The notes beneath the pieces were generated by a model that did no database searches, was not told the DNA's origin, and saw nothing but the letters and a program-made list of their open reading frames with translations. The translations under genes and the position numbers were made by a program. DNA of 64,000 nucleotides from a bacterium (GTDB taxonomy: Bacteria > Patescibacteriota > Microgenomatia > Curtissbacterales > GWA2-41-24): NCBI GenBank assembly GCA_021813125.1, contig JAKALT010000004.1, forward strand, positions 7,941 to 71,940. The letters run 5' to 3'. Below, piece by piece: positions 45,372 to 53,911 of this stretch (its first letter is position 1; each line of letters starts with the position of its first letter).

Positions 45372-46531
45372 ACCATTATTTTTGCCAGATATAGGATTGA
45401 GAAATAAACTGAGAAAAATACTCCCCAAAAAACCAAAAGGTAGAGGTATTTCAAGTTAAGTTTTTTTACAGGACCGGCAAGCAACAAAAAGATGAACGGA
45501 AAAAAATCGAGTGCGTAGCGGTATCCTACTTGTCTTTGGCCAATACCGTAATATGTGATTATCGGAATGAGAATGATAAGTGAAGTTATTGCGGACATTT
45601 TTATTAACTCTTTTTTGTAGTCGGCCCAAAAAACAAGGAATAGTATTGGTGAGAGAAATAAAATGCTTAAACCGTAGCTGTCAAATGTCAGGTAAGGGAA
45701 TTTTAAATCGTGTGAGTTGTCTTTGAAGATCGGTTCCGGCCCTTTAAGGATCATGTAGTATAAATTTGCCGGTAAATGTTTTATAGAAAACAGACCGGTA
45801 TTTCTTCTTTGCAGAGCTTCTTGGGGAACGATTTGATACCTGTAACCCTGTTCTAACGGGTTTTGAAATCTTAATTGGTTATAGATCCCTAATAAAAATA
45901 GACAAACTACGATTGGGGTTAAAAACTTCAGTAAATTTCCCAAATTGAACGGTTTTTTTGCAAGGAAATAGAGAAAGAAAATTGCGGTTGCTGCCAAATT
46001 TAATCGAGTAGCGATGGCAAAGGCGAGCAGAAGACCGATTAAGAGATAGCGTTTTTTAGTTAAAAATTCATAAATTACCAGAATCAGTATGCTGCAGACG
46101 ACAGTTTGGGCAAAATACCATGATCCCGGAAGCGATGCCAGGGGAAAGTATATTGAGCCAAAAATAAAAAAAGTCGCAAGAAGGATTGAGCGTTTTTTAT
46201 CAAGACCAAGAACAGTCGCTATTTTTGTAAGGAAGTAGAAATTAATGATGCTTAGCGGAAATGAAATAAACCCCTGATAAAAGTTTTTGAAAACGGCTAC
46301 AAAGGGAATAAGAATTATGGCTGGAAATGGTCCAAGCGGCCAATAATATTTGCCGTTGAAATAGGCGAAGTCGGAAACATTTTTAGGAACGGAGGTAGTT
46401 GAGAGGTTTCCCGAAATAAATGACCTGGCGAGAAAGACGAAATGTTGGGACGAATCTACTTCAAGATTTAAAACAAGAAGGATTGTAAAAAGCAGGAGGA
46501 GAATGTATGTTAGGGGATTTTTGTAGGACAT
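45368..46531 (-). CDS. GT-C family glycosyltransferase (PMT_2/ArnT-like, GT39/GT83-like) membrane protein
   Basis: 387-aa polytopic protein whose pattern is typical of PMT_2-family mannosyltransferase-like proteins. Confidence 0.5.
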   Translation of the reverse strand: MSYKNPLTYILLLLFTILLVLNLEVDSSQHFVFLARSFISGNLSTTSVPKNVSDFAYFNGKYYWPLGPFPAIILIPFVAVFKNFYQGFISFPLSIINFYFLTKIATVLGLDKKRSILLATFFIFGSIYFPLASLPGSWYFAQTVVCSILILVIYEFLTKKRYLLIGLLLAFAIATRLNLAATAIFFLYFLAKKPFNLGNLLKFLTPIVVCLFLLGIYNQLRFQNPLEQGYRYQIVPQEALQRRNTGLFSIKHLPANLYYMILKGPEPIFKDNSHDLKFPYLTFDSYGLSILFLSPILFLVFWADYKKELIKMSAITSLIILIPIITYYGIGQRQVGYRYALDFFPFIFLLLAGPVKKLNLKYLYLLVFWGVFFSVYFSILYLAKIMV

Positions 46532-46591
46532 CAGCTCTGCTTTAATTATACAGTTGAAGGCTTGATGTCGATCGAGGGACTTTGTTGAGTG

Positions 46592-46676
46592 CGGAGAGGG
46601 TGGGATTCGAACCCACGGTAGCTTGCGCTACAGTCGTTTTCAAGACGACCGCACTAGTCCACTATGCGACCTCTCC
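46592..46676 (-). tRNA. tRNA-Ser(TGA)
   Basis: Minus-strand reading GGAGAGGTCGCATAGTGGACTAGTGCGGTCGTCTTGAAAACGAC-(long variable arm)-GTGGGTTCGAATCCCACCCTCTCCG. The anticodon loop is CTTGAAA with discriminator G. Confidence 0.8.
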
Positions 46677-46682
46677 AAATAG

Positions 46683-46772
46683 CGGAGGAGGTGGGATTCG
46701 AACCCACGTGAGCCGTTTATAGGCTCGCGAGTTTAGCAAACTCGTGCAATGGACCAGCTATGCGACTCCTCC
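46683..46772 (-). tRNA. tRNA-Ser(GCT)
   Basis: Minus-strand reading GGAGGAGTCGCATAGCTGGTCCATTGCACGAGTTTGCTAAACTCG-(long variable arm)-GTGGGTTCGAATCCCACCTCCTCCG. The anticodon loop is TTGCTAA. Confidence 0.8.
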
Positions 46773-47381
46773 TTGAGAACAAAAACCTTCAAAAATGCCT
46801 AGTAATCTAAGTTGTATTTTATTGTCTATATACCTTAGGCTGCACGTACCAGGATAATTTTGACGTTTCATTTTACCACGCGGTTGTGTTACTGTGGGCT
46901 TTAAAAATTTTCCGGTTGGTATTTCCAACAAACGGCTCCAGTATTTTATAAGTTTTGAATAGGTATGGGTATTGTGTATTTGAAGTTGAACGCGAAGTTT
47001 ATTCTCATCAAGTTTGAACCCTTTCCTTAAAAGAAAGAGGAAAGTTTTAACCAGGCTAGGGTCGCTATTTACAAAAGCTATTATGTTTGTTGCAGGGTAT
47101 TTTGCGCCTTCACAACCATATAAAAGTGCAGCGAGAAATTTGGCCATATCGCTAGATATTGCTTTTTGTTCCGGGACTAAATTTAAGTCAAGGCGTTTAG
47201 TTTTCTCTCTGCGTAATTTGTTATTAGTGATAAGAGATTGTTTTCTGTCAATTCTCAGATCAATGCACCAATTTCTAACACTACTGGAAGGTACATTTAA
47301 CAATTTGCTTATCTCGTAAAGAGAAAGTTGTTTTTCCCTTAGTTCTCGTGCTTCAGAGACAACTGAACTCGGGTATTTCAT
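46758..47381 (-). CDS. HTH-domain protein with a single degenerate LAGLIDADG-like motif (homing-endonuclease-related?)
   Basis: 207 aa. The N-terminal HTH reads LSLYEISKLLNVPSSSVRNW. The motif KFLAALLYGCEGAK resembles one LAGLIDADG block. It lies next to the tRNA-Ser pair, and its last 15 nt overlap tRNA-Ser(GCT). Confidence 0.35.
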   Translation of the reverse strand: MKYPSSVVSEARELREKQLSLYEISKLLNVPSSSVRNWCIDLRIDRKQSLITNNKLRREKTKRLDLNLVPEQKAISSDMAKFLAALLYGCEGAKYPATNIIAFVNSDPSLVKTFLFLLRKGFKLDENKLRVQLQIHNTHTYSKLIKYWSRLLEIPTGKFLKPTVTQPRGKMKRQNYPGTCSLRYIDNKIQLRLLGIFEGFCSQGGVA

Positions 47382-47518
47382 TGGATTAACTGCACGGTTT
47401 TAGTATATCATTATCTTTGCTTTTAGAAGAAAGGCTAGCTGTGTTCTGAATTTAGCTAGGTCGAACAAAAGTCAGAACCAATTTTGGGATTTTGTGTTAA
47501 ACTCTAAATATAACTGCC

Positions 47519-48094
47519 GTGGCGAAGTTTATAAGAAATAACCCTGAACTTGACAGCGAACCGCAGCGGATTCTTTCCAAAGAAGAACTTGATACAAAGC
47601 ATCAAGTAGCACTTGAGGCAAAAACAATTATTTCATGGAAATCCCCTGTGAGAGTTTTTAAAGCCAGATCCCGTCAATATTTTATTAAAGTCGGGCTTTA
47701 TGGGTTGGTTTTTATGCTGGCGGCTATCGCGTTTGGAGAGTTTCTGTTGGTTGGTGTAATAATGGCCGTTATTTTTCTGGTGTATGTTTTGGCCTCCGTT
47801 GCCCCTGAGACAATTGATCATAGGATTACCGGTATGGGAATTGTATCCGGGGACCGATCGTTTTTATGGGATGATTTGGATTCGTTCTGGTTTGATAGGC
47901 GTGGTGACGACAGGCTTTTGGTTGTACAAACTAAACTGCGATTTCCATCGAGACTGATTATCCTTTTGACGACGGTTTCCGAGCGGGCGCTTTTGGATAT
48001 TTTAGAAAAGCATCTGCATTACCACAGAGGGCCTGTGCATACTTTATTTGATAAGTGGGCTTTATTCTTACAGGAACGAGTCAATTTGGAGTAG
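47519..48094 (+). CDS. Hypothetical protein with two central TM helices
   Basis: 191-aa ORF. Its 3' end is tandemly duplicated in the downstream spacer. Confidence 0.4.
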   Translation: MAKFIRNNPELDSEPQRILSKEELDTKHQVALEAKTIISWKSPVRVFKARSRQYFIKVGLYGLVFMLAAIAFGEFLLVGVIMAVIFLVYVLASVAPETIDHRITGMGIVSGDRSFLWDDLDSFWFDRRGDDRLLVVQTKLRFPSRLIILLTTVSERALLDILEKHLHYHRGPVHTLFDKWALFLQERVNLE

Positions 48095-48257
48095 CCCACT
48101 TGCAGTCCTCGGCTTTGCCTGCGGGTCTAAAGTGGGCGTTATTCCTTCAGGAAAGAGTCAATCTAGAGTAGCCAACGACCTCACTTAGCTTACTGAAGCA
48201 AATTCTCGAATATAATTAGAAAAAGTTTGGCGCAAAAGTTATAATTAGCACGCATTT

Positions 48258-48331
48258 GCGCCCATAGCTCAATTGGATAGAGCACAACCTTGCGGAGGTT
48301 GCGGTTGGGGGTTCGAGTCCCTTTGGGCGCA
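48258..48331 (+). tRNA. tRNA-Arg(GCG)
   Basis: GCGCCCATAGCTCAATTGGATAGAGCACAACCTTGCGGAGGTTG...GGGGGTTCGAGTCCCTTTGGGCGCA. The anticodon loop is TTGCGGA. Confidence 0.7.
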
Positions 48332-48339
48332 CAGATAGG

Positions 48340-48429
48340 GGAGGCGTCGCATAGTGGACTAGTGCGGTCGTTTCGAAAACGACTATCGGGGCAACTCGAT
48401 CAGAGGTTCGAATCCTCTCGCCTCCGCCA
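48340..48429 (+). tRNA. tRNA-Ser(CGA) with an encoded CCA
   Basis: GGAGGCGTCGCATAGTGGACTAGTGCGGTCGTTTCGAAAACGAC-(long variable arm)-AGAGGTTCGAATCCTCTCGCCTCCGCCA. Confidence 0.8.
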
Positions 48430-48432
48430 GGT

Positions 48433-48864
48433 ATGAGATTAGCTATAGTTTGCAGCCTCACATTTTTTTTGGAGGCCGGCGAAATTAAAAGGAAACTGGA
48501 AGAAAAAGGCCATAGTGTGAGCCTTCCATATTCAGTAGAGAGACTTCTAAAGGGAGAACTAAAGATTGAAAAGATTAATAAAATGAAGCAGGATGGAAGT
48601 TTCAATAAATACGTCAGATCGAATGATTTAATCAGGCGAAATTGGATAAGGATGAAAAATGATGATGCTATTCTGGTTATTAATTTGGAGAAGAAAGGTA
48701 TTAAGGGATATGTCGGCGGTAATACTTTTCTTGAAATGGGGTTAGCTTTTGTAAACCACATGAAGATTTTCTTATGGGACCCGATTCCAAATATGGAGTA
48801 CTCGGATGAAATACACTCTATGGATCCTGTAGTTATAAATGGAAATATCGATCAGGTTATGTAA
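48433..48864 (+). CDS. Hypothetical protein, possibly nucleoside 2-deoxyribosyltransferase-like
   Basis: 143-aa ORF starting right after the tRNA. It resembles small Rossmann-like proteins (ILVINLEKKGIKGYVGGNTFLEMGLAF), but the call is uncertain. Confidence 0.3.
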   Translation: MRLAIVCSLTFFLEAGEIKRKLEEKGHSVSLPYSVERLLKGELKIEKINKMKQDGSFNKYVRSNDLIRRNWIRMKNDDAILVINLEKKGIKGYVGGNTFLEMGLAFVNHMKIFLWDPIPNMEYSDEIHSMDPVVINGNIDQVM

Positions 48865-48901
48865 ATATTAAAAAATTCTCCGTATTTGATAGAATTTTAT
48901 T

Positions 48902-49198
48902 GTGGAGTATTTCCGAAATAAGGTTGTTAATGTTGTTGTAATTTTCGCCGCTTCTTTTTTTGTTGGTGCGCAATGGCCGAGAACAGAAATTGACCGACAA
49001 GCGTGGGGCTTCCCCTTTGTTTATAAATGGGTAATGAAGCCCGAATTCACTTTTCCCGAGCAAATAAACTCGCACTTCAGCCTTTTTTTTCTGGCGCTTA
49101 ATGTTCTTCTTCTGTTTTTGGCGGGGATTATGACCTGGTTTCTTGTAAGCTGGGCAATTTGGTTTATTCGGCAGATTACATATAAAATCAGCGCTTAG
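48902..49198 (+). CDS. Small membrane protein (hypothetical)
   Basis: 98 aa with two or three TM helices. It is preferred over the overlapping minus-strand ORF, which is K/R-rich low-complexity sequence. Confidence 0.3.
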   Translation: MEYFRNKVVNVVVIFAASFFVGAQWPRTEIDRQAWGFPFVYKWVMKPEFTFPEQINSHFSLFFLALNVLLLFLAGIMTWFLVSWAIWFIRQITYKISA

Positions 49199-49239
49199 TC
49201 TCCGCACGAAAATTCCCTATCTGGTAAAATCTTGCTGTT

Positions 49240-49665
49240 ATGGTTAAACGCGTATTTTCGGCCGGCGGGATAGTAATAAAAATAGAAGATAGTGTTATAA
49301 AAGTTCTAGTGACCCAACACTCCGGACACCACGGATGGGATTTTCCAAAAGGCCATTTGGAAGCTGGTGAAAGTAGCGAGCAAGCAGCTCTGAGGGAGGT
49401 TGAGGAGGAAACCGGTGTCCGCGGGAAGATTTTGGAGAAAGTTGGGCAAACACAGTATTTTTACTTTGAAGAGAGCCAGAAAGTTTTTAAGACAGTAACG
49501 TTTTTTTTGATGGAATATATTTCCGAAGGCAAAGCTTCAACAGCGTTTGAGGTAAGTGATAAAGTTTGGCTTCCGGTTGGCGAGGTTGAGAAAAAATTGA
49601 CATTTAAGGACACAAAAAGACTTTGGGAAGAGGCAAAAGAAAAGATCGGGGAGTTAAACTATTGA
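49240..49665 (+). CDS. NUDIX hydrolase
   Basis: The Nudix box GHLEAGESSEQAALREVEEETGV fits GX5EX7REUXEEXGU. Confidence 0.75.
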   Translation: MVKRVFSAGGIVIKIEDSVIKVLVTQHSGHHGWDFPKGHLEAGESSEQAALREVEEETGVRGKILEKVGQTQYFYFEESQKVFKTVTFFLMEYISEGKASTAFEVSDKVWLPVGEVEKKLTFKDTKRLWEEAKEKIGELNY

Positions 49666-49689
49666 TTTCGGGTTTAATTCGGAATAAAA

Positions 49690-50448
49690 TTGATTGTGAA
49701 ATCAAACCTATTAAAGTATCCTCTTAAAAGTCATAGAAAAGAAATTTTAATTCCTCAGGAATCTGTATATCTTGCAGAGTTCATGGGAATTGTTTTTGGA
49801 GATGGGGGAATTAACAATGATTGGCAACTGGTTATATCTTTGAATAGTGAACGAGACCTTGAGTACAGCAAGTACGTAGTTAAACTTATTAAAACCCTTT
49901 TTAGTCTCGAAATTTCTATAAGAAAAAGACCAAGACAGAATACACTTGTAATCGTTTGTTCGAGTATGAATTTACTCGATTTTTTAATTGAAAAAGGGGC
50001 GGTTAAGGGTAATAAAATCCGACAAAAATTCGATATTCCTAAGTGGATAAGTGGGAACAGTAGTTATGAAAAGGCGTTTGTAAGAGGAGTGGTTGATACT
50101 GATGGATGTTTATATACCCACAAACATAAGGTTGCAGGTAAGGTCTATACAAATATAGGATTTTGTTTTGCAAGTTCTTCGCCACCTCTTTTAAAAAGTG
50201 TTGGGAATATACTTCGTTTGGTGGGAATCGAACCACACATTAAGTATGAGAAAAATAGTATCTATTTGTATAGCAGTAAAGCCGTGTTAAAATATCTTCA
50301 AATTTTTGGATCTTCCAATCCTAGAGTCTTAAATAAGTATATAAACTGGAGAGGTGCTGGAGTGGACGATCAGGCAGACCTGGAAAGTCTGTATAGCCGC
50401 AAGGTTATCGTGGGTTCGAATCCCACCCTCTCCGCTTTAAATAATTAA
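49690..50448 (+). CDS. Double-motif LAGLIDADG homing endonuclease family protein; the ORF runs through a tRNA-Ser gene
   Basis: Motif 1 is LAEFMGIVFGDGG and motif 2 is FVRGVVDTDGCL. The last roughly 33 codons are encoded by the tRNA-Ser(GGA) sequence (...VIVGSNPTLSA). Confidence 0.6.
   Translation: MIVKSNLLKYPLKSHRKEILIPQESVYLAEFMGIVFGDGGINNDWQLVISLNSERDLEYSKYVVKLIKTLFSLEISIRKRPRQNTLVIVCSSMNLLDFLIEKGAVKGNKIRQKFDIPKWISGNSSYEKAFVRGVVDTDGCLYTHKHKVAGKVYTNIGFCFASSSPPLLKSVGNILRLVGIEPHIKYEKNSIYLYSSKAVLKYLQIFGSSNPRVLNKYINWRGAGVDDQADLESLYSRKVIVGSNPTLSALNN
50348..50434 (+). tRNA. tRNA-Ser(GGA)
   Basis: GGAGAGGTGCTGGAGTGGACGATCAGGCAGACCTGGAAAGTCTG-(long variable arm)-GTGGGTTCGAATCCCACCCTCTCCG. The anticodon stem is CAGAC/GTCTG and the loop is CTGGAAA. 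Confidence 0.7.
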
Positions 50449-50775
50449 ATGAAAGATTCTCTATTTAATAAATTACCCTTAGCCTTTGTGATTGCTGGTT
50501 TGTGGTCAGCTATAGGTTTTGTCGGGATGGTTATGGGTACAGGTTGTTTTGGTCCAGGTGGCTTAAGCGGTCACCTTTTTCAAACAGATTGTTCATTGAT
50601 ATACAGAGCATTAGTTGTTGTAATGGCTTTACCTTATTTCCTTATGGGTCTAGTCTTGAGATCTATTGAGAGTTGGGATGCTATAGTATTTATGTTTTCT
50701 GGTTTTGTTTTTTCGCTTATATTATCTTTTTTGTTGGTTAATTTAATCTCATTTTTTTGGGCAAAGAAGAAATAG
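50449..50775 (+). CDS. Small polytopic membrane protein
   Basis: 108 aa with three hydrophobic helices. Confidence 0.35.
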   Translation: MKDSLFNKLPLAFVIAGLWSAIGFVGMVMGTGCFGPGGLSGHLFQTDCSLIYRALVVVMALPYFLMGLVLRSIESWDAIVFMFSGFVFSLILSFLLVNLISFFWAKKK

Positions 50776-50875
50776 TCGATTATAAAACAAAATATTGGAC
50801 ATTTTGATATTTGAGCAGGTTGGAACAAAAGGTAGTTAATAACTGTAGGTTGCTTGGTATATAATTCGGGACGAG

Positions 50876-52732
50876 ATGGATCAGAAGGACGAAGTTAAAA
50901 GCAAGGTTGATATTGTTGAGGTAATCTCATCCTATGTTCCCCTTAAAAAAGCCGGGCGAAATTTTTCGGGATTGTGCCCATTCCATAGCGAAAAGACGCC
51001 TTCGTTTATGGTTTCTGCCGAGCGGCAGGTTTTTAAATGCTTCGGGTGCGGTGAATCCGGCGACGTTTTTACATTTTTGGAAAAAATTGAGGGTTGGGAA
51101 TTTCGAGAATCACTTGAGGAGCTTGCCTCGCGGGTTGGGGTAAAGCTTAAATCATTTGCTCCGAGTGCCCAGTCGAGGGAAAAGGAGAAAATTCTAGCGA
51201 TAAATGAACTGTCCGGCAAGTTTTACGGGCATATTTTAAACAAGCACGGGTTGGGTGAGAGAGCCAGAAAATATTTGGAAGACAGGGGTGTCAAGCCAAA
51301 GGCATGGGCAGATTACGGGTTGGGTTTTGCACCGGCCGGGTGGCAAAATCTTCTGGACTTTTTGGTAAAACGCGGTTTTTCGGGGGCTGATATTGCGGCA
51401 TCGGGTTTGGTAATCGCAAGACAAGGGTATAGCAAAGAAGGAGAGTCATTTTACGACAGGTTCAGGGGCCGGTTGATTTTTCCCTTGAAGGATGCGAGGG
51501 GAGTGATACTTGGTTTTTCGGCAAGAGTGATAGACGATGCAACATTTGACAAGAAACAAGAGACAAGAAACGAGCCGAAGTATGTTAATTCACCGGAAAC
51601 TCCGGTTTTTAACAAAGGCTCTCTTCTTTTCGGGTTGGATGTTGCCAAAACCTCAATTCGCAGTAAAAACGAAGCCCTTTTGGTGGAAGGTGAATTTGAT
51701 GTTATATCGGCCCACCAGGCAGGTGTTGAGAACGTCGTAGCTTCCAAGGGTACGGCTTTAACCGAAAAGCAGGTAGCGCTGGTTTCGAGGATGTGTGAGA
51801 ATGTGGCGCTTTGTTTTGACGGCGATATAGCAGGTGATGCGGCCGCAAGGAGAGGAATTGAGCTTTTGGATATGGCAGGTGTTTTAGTCAAAGTGGTCAA
51901 ACTTGGTAAGTTTAAAGACCCGGATGAGTTTATTAAAAGCGATAGCGCCGGTTTTAAAAAAGCAATTAGTTCTGCCGAAAATATTTACGATTTTTATATA
52001 GAGTCTGCGCTTTCACGGTTTGACGGCACGACGGCTGAGGGCAAAAAGAAAATCGGGGGAGAAGTGCTTGGAGTCTTTGCAAAAATTTCAGACGATATGG
52101 TTCGGGCCCATTACATCGAGAAGCTTTCAAGGGTATTGGATTTGGATGTTGGTCTTGTTGCCCAGGCGGTCGAAAAACGTTTGCCTGCAGGGGTTATTGA
52201 ATCCGGGCAAGCTTCATCTTTGGGAGGTACAGGTAGCAAAGACGGAGCGAGTTTGGAAAGGTATTTTTTGGCACTTTTAGTTTCCGGGGATAGTTTGGAG
52301 ACAGAAGTTTTGGGTTTTTTGAATAATGACGATTTTAGTGACACACGGGCAAAAACTTTCTTTATTTGGCTTCATGATATAATAACTGCTCCAAAGAGAA
52401 GAAAAGGGAAACAATCGACCAAAAAAACTTTGCTTAGCCAGAAGAGTTTAGCAGTTCTTTTGCGTAAGCTGCCTTCTGATTTAGCAAGTTTTGTTGATGA
52501 TTTATTTCTTCTTAATATAAGCCCGGCACTTTCAGACAAGGATTTATGGACTTCTGAGGTGAAGGGTGTTTCTGGTAGGATAAAACGTATAGCTTTAAAG
52601 AGAAAGCTCGGGGAGCTTTCCCATGATATAAAAATTGCAGAAGCGAGATCTGATGTTCGTGAAGCCGCAATTTTAACGAAGAAGTTTAGTGAACTTTCGA
52701 AAACTTTAAAGGGAGGTTTAAATAATGCCTAA
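50876..52732 (+). CDS. dnaG: DNA primase DnaG
   Basis: The CHC2 zinc finger reads [30 protein letters not shown]. The Toprim region reads [16 protein letters not shown]...[12 protein letters not shown]. Confidence 0.85.
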   Translation: MDQKDEVKSKVDIVEVISSYVPLKKAGRNFSGLCPFHSEKTPSFMVSAERQVFKCFGCGESGDVFTFLEKIEGWEFRESLEELASRVGVKLKSFAPSAQSREKEKILAINELSGKFYGHILNKHGLGERARKYLEDRGVKPKAWADYGLGFAPAGWQNLLDFLVKRGFSGADIAASGLVIARQGYSKEGESFYDRFRGRLIFPLKDARGVILGFSARVIDDATFDKKQETRNEPKYVNSPETPVFNKGSLLFGLDVAKTSIRSKNEALLVEGEFDVISAHQAGVENVVASKGTALTEKQVALVSRMCENVALCFDGDIAGDAAARRGIELLDMAGVLVKVVKLGKFKDPDEFIKSDSAGFKKAISSAENIYDFYIESALSRFDGTTAEGKKKIGGEVLGVFAKISDDMVRAHYIEKLSRVLDLDVGLVAQAVEKRLPAGVIESGQASSLGGTGSKDGASLERYFLALLVSGDSLETEVLGFLNNDDFSDTRAKTFFIWLHDIITAPKRRKGKQSTKKTLLSQKSLAVLLRKLPSDLASFVDDLFLLNISPALSDKDLWTSEVKGVSGRIKRIALKRKLGELSHDIKIAEARSDVREAAILTKKFSELSKTLKGGLNNA

Positions 52733-53852
52733 GAAGGCAGCAAGTCAAAAAACAAAGGAAGAAAAGACCGGGAAAAATATCGATGTAAAAGCCGAGATTA
52801 GAAAGCTTTTGAAGCGTGGCCGAGAGCAGGGATTTATCGCTCAAGAAGACGTTTTGGCAATTTTCCCAGCACCGGAGGATTCAATTGCCGAAATAGATGA
52901 ACTTTTCCATAGATGCCTTGAAGAGGGTATTGACGTTTTTGACACTACGGAAATCGACGTTTCAGATGCAACAAAGTCGGTAACAGAACTAGAAAAGGAG
53001 CTGGAGAGCCTGGCTTCTTTGGAAGAAGGTTATCTTTCGGATCCGGTGAGGATGTATCTTAGGGAAATTGGCCGTGTTTCACTTTTGACATATGAAGAGG
53101 AAGTTTCTTTGGCAAAGAGAGTTGAGAAATCTGACAGACGAGCCCGCGAGAAACTAATCAACGCCAATTTAAGACTTGTTGTTTCCATTGCCAAAAAATA
53201 TGTTAACCGGGGCTTGACGCTTTTGGATTTGATTGAGGAGGGAAACATTGGTTTGATGCGGGCGGTTGCCAAGTACGACTGGAGACGCGGATATAAGTTT
53301 TCGACTTATGCAACATGGTGGATCAGGCAGGCAATAACCAGGGCGATTGCCGACCAGGCAAGGACGATTCGGATTCCGGTTCACATGGTTGAGACAATTA
53401 ACAAATTCAACCGTGTTTCCAGAAAGCTGATGCAGGAGTTGGGGAGGGAGCCAACGCCCGAAGAGGTGGCAATGGAGATGGAAGTGCCGCCGGAAAAGGT
53501 TAGAGAGATTATCAAAGTTTCGCAGGAACCGGCATCTCTGGAAGCACCGGTTGGAGAGGAAGAGGATTCAAGGCTTGGGGATTTTATCCAGGATGCTTCT
53601 GCAGGCCCAACAGACCAGGCGACGCAGGCGCTTTTAAAAGATGACATCCGCGAAATGCTGGCGACCCTTTCTCCGAGAGAAGCCAAGGTTTTGGAATACC
53701 GGTTTGGACTTGAGGACGGTAAGCAGAGGACACTGGAGGAAGTAGGCAAAGAATTTGGTGTGACCCGCGAGCGAATCAGGCAAATTGAGGCTAAGGCTAT
53801 CCGCAAACTAAGGCATCCCACCCGGGCGAAGAAGCTAAGGGATTACCTTTAA
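52725..53852 (+). CDS. rpoD: RNA polymerase sigma-70 factor RpoD
   Basis: Region 2 reads [54 protein letters not shown]. Region 4 reads [29 protein letters not shown]. Confidence 0.9.
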   Translation: MPKKAASQKTKEEKTGKNIDVKAEIRKLLKRGREQGFIAQEDVLAIFPAPEDSIAEIDELFHRCLEEGIDVFDTTEIDVSDATKSVTELEKELESLASLEEGYLSDPVRMYLREIGRVSLLTYEEEVSLAKRVEKSDRRAREKLINANLRLVVSIAKKYVNRGLTLLDLIEEGNIGLMRAVAKYDWRRGYKFSTYATWWIRQAITRAIADQARTIRIPVHMVETINKFNRVSRKLMQELGREPTPEEVAMEMEVPPEKVREIIKVSQEPASLEAPVGEEEDSRLGDFIQDASAGPTDQATQALLKDDIREMLATLSPREAKVLEYRFGLEDGKQRTLEEVGKEFGVTRERIRQIEAKAIRKLRHPTRAKKLRDYL

Positions 53853-53911
53853 AATTTTCAATTAATAATTTCTAATTTTCAATTGCCGGCTAAGGTGGTT
53901 TAATAAGCCTA

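Noticed and set aside
48216-48761. 181-aa minus-strand ORF
   Set aside because: It overlaps tRNA-Arg(GCG) and tRNA-Ser(CGA) on the opposite strand. Its translation is dominated by tRNA-derived sequence.
48857-49207. 116-aa minus-strand ORF overlapping the 98-aa plus-strand membrane ORF
   Set aside because: K/R-rich low-complexity translation. The plus-strand hydrophobic ORF was preferred, itself at low confidence.
50405-50436. 26-nt identity with the 3' end of tRNA-Ser(TGA) (46592-46617) considered as a possible attL/attR pair of an integrated element
   Set aside because: The match is simply the conserved T-arm/acceptor of a complete, different tRNA-Ser(GGA) gene at 50348-50434. No integrase lies between the two sites.
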